Assembly: GCA_040879725.1 (NCBI GenBank)
Contig: JBBDJV010000020.1
Span: forward strand, 9,086 to 73,085
DNA from: Minisyncoccota bacterium
Lineage (GTDB): Bacteria; Patescibacteriota; Minisyncoccia; Phycocordibacterales; GCA-2401445
Direction: 5' to 3'
Length of the DNA stretch: 64,000 bases
Shown: positions 19,705 through 28,155 of the stretch, in pieces
Layout of the letters: each line of letters begins with the position of its first letter
Position numbering within the stretch: the first letter of the stretch is position 1
Made by a program: the position numbers and the translations under genes
Notes under the pieces: model-generated
Seen by the model: only the letters and a program-made list of their open reading frames with translations
The model's database searches: none
What the model was told of the DNA's origin: nothing

Positions 19705-20733
19705 TTATTTTTTTTCTAAAATCACAACTTCTTTTTCAATGTGAATTCCAAAAGTTTCAAAAACTTTTTTCTCAACATGATCAATCAACTTTCGTACATC
19801 ACTTACGGGAGTATTTTTTTCTGCGACAATTACCAACGGTTGTCTTTCGTACAAACGAGCGCCACCAAATGAAAAACCTTTCATGCCAAGTACTTTATCA
19901 AGTAGCCACGCGAGCGACACTTTTACATCGCCATTTTCAAGTTTATATCCCACCATTTCAGGATACTTAGCTTTTAGTTTATTAAATACATCGCCAGAAA
20001 CTACTGGGTTTTTAAAGAAAGAACCAGCTGTACCAATAGTATTTACATCCGGTAGCTTATTTGTCCGAATTGCAATTACCGCATCACGAACCTCAGAGAG
20101 TGTTGGATTTTGTTTATTAAGAAAAAACTTTTCAAGATCAGGATAGGAAGTATTAACAACACCTTGTGAACTGAGTAAAAAAGTAACTTTTGTAACAATA
20201 TAATTTTTTCCTTCTTCTTTTTTAAAAATACTGCTTCGATATCCAAACTGACAATCACTGTTTTTTATTTTCTTTATTTTCTTATCACTTCTATCAAAAA
20301 CTTCAACACTTTCGATTACATCTTTTGCTTCAGCTCCATACGCACCAATGTTCTGCACCGGTGATGCTCCAACAGAACCCGGTATCAAGGAAAGAAGTTC
20401 AAGACCAAACAAATTTTGCTCTACCGTCATTGCTACAAGTGTGTCCCATTCGACACCCGCGCCGACAACTACTCTTTTTCTGTGTGTGTCGACATCTTCA
20501 AATTCAACACCTTGAATATCTATTTTTAAAACAAGCGCATTATATTCTCCATCATCAAAAAGTGTATTTGAACCTCCTCCAAGCAGAATGACCGGAACAC
20601 TCTTTTCTTCTGCAAAATCAAACACCTCCGACAACTCCTCTGTTTGGGTTACCGATACAAAAAAACGAGCAGTACCTCCCACCTTAAACGTAGTATATGT
20701 TGAGAGAGGGACATGCTCGTGTACGTGAATCAT
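19705..20733 (-). CDS. murB: UDP-N-acetylenolpyruvoylglucosamine reductase
   Basis: TFKVGG, LGGGSN, IPGSVGASPVQNIGAYG, FGYRSSIFK, AGSFFKNP. Confidence 0.95.
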   Translation of the reverse strand: MIHVHEHVPLSTYTTFKVGGTARFFVSVTQTEELSEVFDFAEEKSVPVILLGGGSNTLFDDGEYNALVLKIDIQGVEFEDVDTHRKRVVVGAGVEWDTLVAMTVEQNLFGLELLSLIPGSVGASPVQNIGAYGAEAKDVIESVEVFDRSDKKIKKIKNSDCQFGYRSSIFKKEEGKNYIVTKVTFLLSSQGVVNTSYPDLEKFFLNKQNPTLSEVRDAVIAIRTNKLPDVNTIGTAGSFFKNPVVSGDVFNKLKAKYPEMVGYKLENGDVKVSLAWLLDKVLGMKGFSFGGARLYERQPLVIVAEKNTPVSDVRKLIDHVEKKVFETFGIHIEKEVVILEKK

Positions 20734-20750
20734 AGTATGAGTATGTTACG

Positions 20751-20822
20751 TTGCGAAGCGGCCGACGAGGCAAACTCCAAAACAAATGTCTTATGTGAGC
20801 GCAGTCGCCGGCCACTTCGCAA
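20751..20822 (-). ncRNA. Putative structured RNA (long hairpin) upstream of murB
   Basis: 18-bp basal stem whose two non-Watson-Crick pairs are G-U only on the minus strand. Confidence 0.35.
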
Positions 20823-20856
20823 AACAACGTAGATTTATAGTATCACAGCACTAGGA

Positions 20857-20930
20857 AACACAAAACCCCGCTTGCGCGGGGGTTTATGCAGACATTCGTT
20901 AAGTGTTTACTCTTTGTAAACGCTCACGAA
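20857..20930 (-). ncRNA. Putative ~70-nt small RNA or attenuator
   Basis: Lies between a consensus promoter and terminator CCCCGC-gcaa-GCGGGG-TTTT; no ORF longer than 6 codons from the predicted start. Confidence 0.4.
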
Positions 20931-20933
20931 TGT

Positions 20934-20961
20934 ATTATAGCAAATCAGATTTTTTTGTCAA
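20934..20961 (-). promoter_or_regulatory. Consensus sigma70 promoter
   Basis: TTGACA-N16-TATAAT with extended -10 (TGcTATAAT) on the minus strand. Confidence 0.8.
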
Positions 20962-20991
20962 TAGAGCCGTATTCTCAGCGTTTACTCCCTA

Positions 20992-23232
20992 CTAACGCCG
21001 TAGTGGGTTTCGGCCAGCTTCGATTTCCTCGATGATAAACTCTCCTTCATTCTTGAAATTCGGGTTCAGCTCAACAGCTTTTCGAAGGTCAGCAATAGCG
21101 TTTTGGTTCTGGTCAGTTTCGAGATAACTTCCGGCACGGTACATGTACAACTGAGGGTTGTTAGGGTTCTTAGCAATCTCATTTTCCCAAATAGCAAATA
21201 CTTTGTCATACATTCCCTTCTGAGAATACGCGCGTATCAACCGCTGGTCATATACCAAGTCAGTACCGAAGTGTTCAGTAAGCACCTCTTCTGCTAGTGC
21301 AAACTCATCCGCATAGAGTGCTGAAACCGCATAAATTATTCGGGCAAGCTCATACTCTGGAGCTAGTTCGAATGCTTTTTTGAATTGCGCCAAAGCCTCA
21401 TCGTGCATTCCAGCATTGAGGTAGTTACTTCCCAACTCAAAGATCATTGTTTGCTTTCGTGGAGAGAGCTCAACTGCACGCTGTAGGTACCCGCGCGCTT
21501 CATCGAGAGACCCGAGTGTGTTTAGGTATGAACCGATGAAAATAAAATACCGTGCATCATTTGGTGTTCTCTCTGTTTGTTTTATAAGCTCATTTCGCGC
21601 GAGAGCAAGAAGATTGTTACGTGTATCTTCAGAAACTTGTGAAGACGAACGAACACGGAGCGCCGCTTGCGATATTTGTTCTCGTATCTCTGTTGTTCCG
21701 AAAGACTCATACGAAAGAGCTTTCTCAAAGTTCTCCAAACTTTCCTCTGCCGTGCCACTTTCTGGAGAAAGTGCATTGATAAGTGTCGCGCTCGCATTCA
21801 AAGCTGGAATATTCACAATGTAGAGTGTTGCAATACACGCGACACCGATAACACCCGTAAGTGCGTAGTATGTTTGGTTTTCTTTTATTTCCGGACTATC
21901 TACATGGACAAACTTTCGAGCCGATCCCGCATGTATAAATGCAAAGAGCCCAAAGAGCATCATGTAGCTCACCAAGTTATCAAACACAAAGAGGTTGTGG
22001 AAGAAGTATGCAGTGAGCAAGCCAGTTAGTATTGCACGCTCGTAGACATCGAAATAAAACGTCCTGTCTTCAAGATGTGCCAGTCGTGCAAATCGGTGAC
22101 GCAACCTTTCAAGAAAGTTTGCCGGGACCCATAAGTAGTAGAGCACCGCCACAAAAAGCGACAGGTACGCGAGGAGTCCGAGTATTCCTCCCGCGATCAA
22201 CCAATCAAGAAATACATTGTGTGTGCGGTCAAACCACTGCTCCTGAGCATACATTTGCGGGTGGTAGTATTTGTTGAATACATAATTAAAGTTTTCTTGT
22301 CCCCAGCCCAATACCGGTCGTTCGAGGAACCCTTGCCATGCCATGTTCCACACCAAGAAACGCGCCTTTGTAGTACTTTCTTCAAATGAAATATACGCAA
22401 ATCGGCTAAGTACCGGACTCTGACGTACAAAGTCTGTATTCTTTACCGCCAAAAATCCAAACACCAGCACCGCAGTTGCGACAATAGCACCTACCGAGAA
22501 GAGACGAATCTTTTTATTTGTCTGTCGTGAAATTGCCAAAAGTATAGCCGTCACTCCCACACCTCCTATTAAACCAAGTATCGAACCTCGTGTTGCTGTT
22601 TTGTACAAAATAAAACCTTGTGCAAGTATCGCAATACTATACGCAAAACGAGTCCATTTGACGTTCCAGTTTTGATACATTAAGTACCCGGCAACAAACA
22701 TGTGGAAGAGCATGTAGATAGCGAGATAGGTCGCATTTCCGAGTGTCGCGTCTAGTCGTACACCTCCTTGGTTTATTACGAACTCACCACCTAGCTGACC
22801 AAAGCCATAAAAAACAGTGATGATTGATGCCAAAAGCGACGTATGTAAAAACCTGTTCCACATCTTTTTGGTTTTAAGCATATTCCCCAATACTGTGAAG
22901 TATGCAAAAAGGTGAACAAGAGATACGAAGCCTTCCATACGTTCGTAGTTTGACCAAAAGCTCTTATACGGATATTCACCGAGCGCGTCCGCTACACCTA
23001 TTACCGCAATAAATACGCCAAACAGTACCCATATCCATGAAAACTTCGGTCGAACACTTTTGTCTGTCAGACACAGGATAAGCCAGAGAGCAAAAATAAT
23101 TTCGATTACAATTCTGAAAGTGAAATTCTTACCCGTAATGTACGGAAAGAAGTGCGACCCTGCGACAATTAAGGGAATAAACGGAAGAGCAAAGAGTCCA
23201 GTAAGAATAATAGGCCGAAGTGAATTTTTCAT
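20992..23232 (-). CDS. O-antigen ligase/Wzy_C family membrane protein with C-terminal TPRs
   Basis: About 12 TM; TLGNATYLA, TATRG, R..VW..AW.GF.ERPVLGWGQENF, DRTHN; TPR-like tail. Confidence 0.88.
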   Translation of the reverse strand: MKNSLRPIILTGLFALPFIPLIVAGSHFFPYITGKNFTFRIVIEIIFALWLILCLTDKSVRPKFSWIWVLFGVFIAVIGVADALGEYPYKSFWSNYERMEGFVSLVHLFAYFTVLGNMLKTKKMWNRFLHTSLLASIITVFYGFGQLGGEFVINQGGVRLDATLGNATYLAIYMLFHMFVAGYLMYQNWNVKWTRFAYSIAILAQGFILYKTATRGSILGLIGGVGVTAILLAISRQTNKKIRLFSVGAIVATAVLVFGFLAVKNTDFVRQSPVLSRFAYISFEESTTKARFLVWNMAWQGFLERPVLGWGQENFNYVFNKYYHPQMYAQEQWFDRTHNVFLDWLIAGGILGLLAYLSLFVAVLYYLWVPANFLERLRHRFARLAHLEDRTFYFDVYERAILTGLLTAYFFHNLFVFDNLVSYMMLFGLFAFIHAGSARKFVHVDSPEIKENQTYYALTGVIGVACIATLYIVNIPALNASATLINALSPESGTAEESLENFEKALSYESFGTTEIREQISQAALRVRSSSQVSEDTRNNLLALARNELIKQTERTPNDARYFIFIGSYLNTLGSLDEARGYLQRAVELSPRKQTMIFELGSNYLNAGMHDEALAQFKKAFELAPEYELARIIYAVSALYADEFALAEEVLTEHFGTDLVYDQRLIRAYSQKGMYDKVFAIWENEIAKNPNNPQLYMYRAGSYLETDQNQNAIADLRKAVELNPNFKNEGEFIIEEIEAGRNPLRR

Positions 23233-23288
23233 AAAATACGTAAGAAATTAGTATGTGTACAATGGTACCAGAAAGTTTCCCGAAGGGA

Positions 23289-23330
23289 AAGAAATAACCC
23301 GCCAGTCATGTGACTGGCGGGTTATTTCTT
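23289..23330. terminator. 20-bp-arm inverted repeat, likely terminator after neuB
   Basis: AAGAAATAACCCGCCAGTCA-tg-TGACTGGCGGGTTATTTCTT. Confidence 0.75.
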
Positions 23331-23349
23331 GATTAATAGTTTAGTTAAA

Positions 23350-24447
23350 CTACTTCTTCCACCCAAGAGCCTCAACAGGGACTATCACGTCTTCATCTAA
23401 ATCCTTTTCCGCAACCAAGCCATAAAGCTTTTCCATGTCTCGGGGCTTAATACCGGTCCCTGGACCTTTTATCGTAAACATATCTTTTGTGAGTACCTCT
23501 CCCTTTTTTATCACTCGCTTTGTCGCAACACTCTTTGCGAGCTTATCTCGTAGTGGCTTCAATTCTTCATGCATTGTTTTCCCTCCCTTTCCAAGAATTT
23601 TCTCAATACGGCGAATTGAATCAACGAGCTCTTTGAGTTCATGGGGTTCAAGAGACCCTGCATGGTCTGAACCTTTCATCTGCTTATCAAGCGTCAAATG
23701 TCGCTCCACTATAACCGCACCTCGTGATACCGCAGCAAGTGTCGGCAACAAATCTATTTCATGCCCGGAATACCCGACTGGCAGTGGATGAAAAGTCCTT
23801 TTCAGTGTATCCATAAATGCAAGCTCAATCATGTGCTCCGGAGACGGATAAAGTGAAAGACAGTGGAACACAACGACGCGGTTATTGTGCTTAAGTACGG
23901 TACTTACCGCATCTTGTATTTCGTCAAATGTATTCATCCCGGTAGAAATAAGTACCGGCTTATTCTTTTTGGCTATATATTCAAGAAGAGGAATATTTAT
24001 TGTATCGGCAGAAGGCACCTTGTAGGCATCTACATCAAATGACTCGAGAAAATCCGCGCTTCCCTTATCCCACGCACTTGCAAAAAAGAGTACTCCGTTT
24101 TTCTCAGCATACTTCTTCAATTCCCTGTACTGATCTTCATTAAACTCAAGTGCATCTCTGTGGGCTCCGTACGTAGGAGCAAATGCATTTGGAGATGTGT
24201 ATGGTTTATCGAGTCCTTCCTTGGTAAGAATTTCTTTCGTGGTACGCTTTTGAAACTTCACCGCGTCCGCGCCTGAATCACGCGCGACATCAATAAGTTT
24301 TTTTGCAATCTCCATATCGCCGTTGTGGTTAATACCCACTTCGGCAATAACAAACACGGGTTCCCCCGGTCCCACGTATTTTTTACCGATCTTTACTTTT
24401 TCAGGATGCCCGTTTAAAAACTGTTTAATTTTATCGAAAATATTCAT
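23350..24447 (-). CDS. neuB: N-acetylneuraminate/nonulosonate (9-phosphate) synthase, NeuB family with SAF domain
   Basis: IAEVGINHNGD, AVKFQK, GYSGHE, ERHLTLDK..GSDH, KGPGTGI. Confidence 0.92.
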   Translation of the reverse strand: MNIFDKIKQFLNGHPEKVKIGKKYVGPGEPVFVIAEVGINHNGDMEIAKKLIDVARDSGADAVKFQKRTTKEILTKEGLDKPYTSPNAFAPTYGAHRDALEFNEDQYRELKKYAEKNGVLFFASAWDKGSADFLESFDVDAYKVPSADTINIPLLEYIAKKNKPVLISTGMNTFDEIQDAVSTVLKHNNRVVVFHCLSLYPSPEHMIELAFMDTLKRTFHPLPVGYSGHEIDLLPTLAAVSRGAVIVERHLTLDKQMKGSDHAGSLEPHELKELVDSIRRIEKILGKGGKTMHEELKPLRDKLAKSVATKRVIKKGEVLTKDMFTIKGPGTGIKPRDMEKLYGLVAEKDLDEDVIVPVEALGWKK

Positions 24448-24539
24448 GAATTTATACTACCAGAAACTACTTAAGTATGGAAGAAATATACATCCATACT
24501 CTCAAAATGAGTAGCAAATAATGCTTCTACACTGGAAAT

Positions 24540-24672
24540 TTGAATACTACAGGGCAAATTCATGCCTTAACAAAGCCATTTAAATGCGCACGCCGGCGTG
24601 CGCATTTATTTTTATAGAGGTTTAACCTCGTTTGAAATAACTTAATTCAGAAGTCTTACTATATATCGTAAG
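24540..24672. repeat. Compound palindrome element, copy 2
   Basis: TAAATGCGCACGCCGGCGTGCGCATTTA (24581-24608), GAGGTTTAACCTC (24617-24629), CTTACTATATATCGTAAG; 24540-24621 matches the reverse complement of 59339-59420 at 77/82 by manual alignment. Confidence 0.9.
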
Positions 24673-24703
24673 AAATGCTTTTTGATCAAAGTAACTCAGT
24701 GGC

Positions 24704-25336
24704 TCAAAATAACCTTTGGTGTACCACTCTAAATTTTCTCCATAACCGATCGAAAAAAATGCGCACGTCCCACGTCCTACTGTTTAGCTTTTTAATGGAA
24801 AATTCTTTTGTCTCCGTATTGTATGTAAGGTGAGTAATTGAACACTCTTCCAATACCGGAAAATGATTTAACTGAAACTCGCGCTTCAAAAACGCACCGA
24901 ATGAAAGCGCGTGTCCGAAAATAATAACAGTCCCCTCTCCTTTTGAAATAGCATCAGCCAACACATTTCTAACTCTCATCCCCGCCATTTCCATTGACTC
25001 ACCAGATGGTGGAATAAAAACAAAGTCATCCATCACCTTCTTTTTCCACTCCTTAAACTCTTGCCCTGTATGACTTGTTGTAGGAGTATATTCGGAAAGC
25101 CTCTCATCTGTCTCAATACTCGCTTTTGGTAATGCAAAACGAGCAGTATCAAATGCGCGTGGAAACGGGCTACTTACTACTGTAGCCGGTAGAAGGTGTT
25201 TTATTCGTCTACCCACCACTTTCGCCTGATGCTTCCCAAGTGGGGACAAAGCTACCGCAGATGCTTCGGGGTACGGGAGATTTTCCCGAGACACTGTTTC
25301 TCCATGACGGATTAAATAGATATCAACTTTATTCAT
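24704..25336 (-). CDS. Histidine phosphatase family protein
   Basis: YLIRHGET, LSPLG..QA, SSPFPRA.DTA, GES, FGHA. Confidence 0.88.
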   Translation of the reverse strand: MNKVDIYLIRHGETVSRENLPYPEASAVALSPLGKHQAKVVGRRIKHLLPATVVSSPFPRAFDTARFALPKASIETDERLSEYTPTTSHTGQEFKEWKKKVMDDFVFIPPSGESMEMAGMRVRNVLADAISKGEGTVIIFGHALSFGAFLKREFQLNHFPVLEECSITHLTYNTETKEFSIKKLNSRTWDVRIFFDRLWRKFRVVHQRLF

Positions 25337-25407
25337 ATCTATAGTATGAAGTAAAAATCAGAAAAAAACCACTTCGAATGAAGCTTAGCCCAGCAACACA
25401 AAACTCT

Positions 25408-25980
25408 TTACTTTCTAGAGAGGCTAAGTGGGTCTACGCCTTTTACCTCAAGAAGAATATTGCAAAAATCTCTTATCGCGCCGTCTCCGCCCCGCCTATC
25501 CGTAACAACATGCGCAATATCTTTAATTACCGTTTCCGCCTGCTGTGGAGCAACTGCTATGCCAACCTTTTTCATTATTTCCGCGTCACCCACATCGTCC
25601 CCCATGTACGCGCACTCATCCCAAGAAATACCATTTTCACTAAGCCACCCCTCTATCGCCTCTGTTTTGTTTTTTGCCTTGTCACCAGTAAATACGCCAA
25701 GCGGTTTCCAATCTCCATTAAGTACTGAAGGGAGGTTATTTAACTTCACCCCAAAAGAGTCCATGAGTCCGAGCTTCTCGGTACTTACCAATGCCACCAA
25801 AAGACCTGCGGATCGGATAAGTGAAATACCTTGTCCATCAATATGGCTTCGTGTTGCGGTATACTCTCCCTCCTTTGGTCGTATAGAAACAACTTCAGAA
25901 AAAAATACTCCGTAACTATCAAATACAACCGCTTTGAGGTTTTTGATCTTCTCTTTTACGCTAGGGACTACACTATCCAT
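25408..25980 (-). CDS. KdsC/YrbI-like HAD phosphatase (degenerate motif I)
   Basis: DGQGI, AYMGDDVGD, GGDGAIRDF; motif I reads DSYG instead of DxDG. Confidence 0.78.
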   Translation of the reverse strand: MDSVVPSVKEKIKNLKAVVFDSYGVFFSEVVSIRPKEGEYTATRSHIDGQGISLIRSAGLLVALVSTEKLGLMDSFGVKLNNLPSVLNGDWKPLGVFTGDKAKNKTEAIEGWLSENGISWDECAYMGDDVGDAEIMKKVGIAVAPQQAETVIKDIAHVVTDRRGGDGAIRDFCNILLEVKGVDPLSLSRK

Positions 25981-26701
25981 TGTTTTTCTTATTATGCTGA
26001 TCCATTAAATACTCATAGAGATCCCAGTCGTTTGGCTGGTTAATTCCGCTATATGCTTCATCCAACATCATCGGGACCATATTTCCACTCATAACTTTTT
26101 TCTCAAGAATTGTTTTTGCCCATATCGTATCAATGTAGCCAACATGCTTATACGCTTTTGGTAGTGACAACTCTTGTTTGTTATATGCTTCATCATTCCC
26201 TAGTTTTATTAATGGTTCAAGAAAGCCAGTTTCTTCATTTACAGTAAACATTTTATACGGGCTTTGCTCGGGACGAGTAACTGTCCGCACAGAGTCTGCT
26301 TCCGGATGCTTCACCAGTAATTCTATTGAGAGATCCACTTGAGCCACAGTTCTCATAGGAGAAGTCGGACGAAGCTGGACAATAATATCGGGCACATACC
26401 CTTCTCTCTCTTTTAGTTCAGTAAGTGCGTGAAAAAACGCATCGAAATCAGTCGAGCTATCCCCGGCTATTTCAGGTGGTCGCAAAAACGGAACTTCAGC
26501 ACCCAAAGTTTTTGATAATTCTGCAATCTCCTCTGAATCAGTAGAAACGATAGTTCGGTCTATATACTGCGAACCAAGCGCATGCTCTACTGAATACTGC
26601 ATAAGAGGCTTACCACAAAGTGGTTTAATATTTTTCTTCGGAATCCGCTTTGACCCCCCACGAGCGGGGATAATAGCGAGAACGTTTAATTCATTTATCA
26701 T
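25973..26701 (-). CDS. neuA: Acylneuraminate cytidylyltransferase
   Basis: IIPARGGSKRIPKKN, VSTDSEEI, PFLRP, LRPTSPMR. Confidence 0.92.
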   Translation of the reverse strand: MINELNVLAIIPARGGSKRIPKKNIKPLCGKPLMQYSVEHALGSQYIDRTIVSTDSEEIAELSKTLGAEVPFLRPPEIAGDSSTDFDAFFHALTELKEREGYVPDIIVQLRPTSPMRTVAQVDLSIELLVKHPEADSVRTVTRPEQSPYKMFTVNEETGFLEPLIKLGNDEAYNKQELSLPKAYKHVGYIDTIWAKTILEKKVMSGNMVPMMLDEAYSGINQPNDWDLYEYLMDQHNKKNNG

Positions 26702-26737
26702 AGCATCACTATAGCATATGCAGTATAACCAAATAAT

Positions 26738-27964
26738 TTACCTATTTAATGCACTGATTTGATTCACAAGCTCTTGTCTACCTGCGTCAATCCGATCCTT
26801 ATCCCACACCTTCTCCTTAATTTCTTCTCGTTGTTTTTGGTACCCATCACTCCCCGCAAGAGTTTTTTCAAGCGCAACAAGTAATTCATCAAAAGTCATT
26901 ACCTTTTCCCCTGGTGTTATATCATCATACTCAAAATACATCTCGCGCATTTCACTCTTATACTTATCCAAATCATATGCAAAGAAAATTGTCGGCCTAT
27001 CCGCAAAAAGAAAATCAAAAAATACAGAAGAATAGTCGGTAATAAGAACATCTGTTTTTTTCATGATTGGGTAAGGATCTGTCGATGTATCCACGAAGTA
27101 AATTCGCTTAAATTCATGGTTACGTTTCTCCTCGTGGTGGAATTTAATAAATAAATAGGCATCGTTTGTTTCTAAAAAGTTTTCCAACTTGTCAAAATCA
27201 ATACCGCTGTCACGAAGTGGGTTTTGTGTACCATCTCTAAATGTCGGCATATAAAAAATAATCTTTGACCCTTTTTCTTTCAGAGAGACTGCCCGAGTAA
27301 GGTTCAACTCATCTGCCCCAACACTGTGCAAGGGATTATCTTCCAACCATATCGCATTTCTAGGGTAATCAGCTTTAATAATTCTATCCTCTGCAAGCCG
27401 TGACGCAGACATAAAGAGAGGATCCCATAACTTTCCTGGTGATAGGAAATAATTTCCAAAGAAAAACCTTTCTGGACTATAGAGAAAATAAATAAACCTT
27501 TTAAACCCTTTCGAAGCATATACAAAATTATCTTTCTTTGTTCTATGAGAGTCATACATAACCTTCTTGAGCATGATAGCATGCCAAAGATTAACTACCT
27601 TTGCGCCACCGGTAAGAAAATAATTTACACCCAATGGATGGCAGTCTGTAATTACAATTTCAGCGCGCATTGTTAACCACCAACCCTTAAGTGAATTCGC
27701 CTTTTCAGAATAAATGTTTAAATTTCGCAATTGAGATACAATTTTCTCTTCCCTACTCAACCATACAGCAGTAATACCTTCCTGTTCTTTAGCGTACAAA
27801 AAAAAGTATTTTGAGTTATCCGCAAACCGCACCCCTCTCCATGAATCAAATATCCATAATCCTTTTTTTCGAGGAATAAAGGTAAATACCCATCTCATTA
27901 TCAATAATGGAATATTGCGAATGGTAGACGGAATTGCTCTGGCCCAATTGATAATTTTTTTCAT
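26738..27964 (-). CDS. CDP-glycerol glycerophosphotransferase (TagB/TagF) family
   Basis: DNSKY, NLWHA..LKK, YPRN, YMPTFRD, KFH, LITDYSSVFFDF. Confidence 0.88.
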   Translation of the reverse strand: MKKIINWARAIPSTIRNIPLLIMRWVFTFIPRKKGLWIFDSWRGVRFADNSKYFFLYAKEQEGITAVWLSREEKIVSQLRNLNIYSEKANSLKGWWLTMRAEIVITDCHPLGVNYFLTGGAKVVNLWHAIMLKKVMYDSHRTKKDNFVYASKGFKRFIYFLYSPERFFFGNYFLSPGKLWDPLFMSASRLAEDRIIKADYPRNAIWLEDNPLHSVGADELNLTRAVSLKEKGSKIIFYMPTFRDGTQNPLRDSGIDFDKLENFLETNDAYLFIKFHHEEKRNHEFKRIYFVDTSTDPYPIMKKTDVLITDYSSVFFDFLFADRPTIFFAYDLDKYKSEMREMYFEYDDITPGEKVMTFDELLVALEKTLAGSDGYQKQREEIKEKVWDKDRIDAGRQELVNQISALNR

Positions 27965-28155
27965 GTCTACAGTGCAATGTTAACTCTTTTATATTCTCAA
28001 AACTATGGAGAATTGACACCCAATAAAGACTCTTCTGGACAATTATACTCTTGTGTTTGCTATTTGTATAATAAATGCTCGCAAGCAATTACCACCTCAT
28101 CCTATATTTTCAGCCCTTTTTCTACTTAAAAGTAAAGTGTCTCTTTTTATATTTT

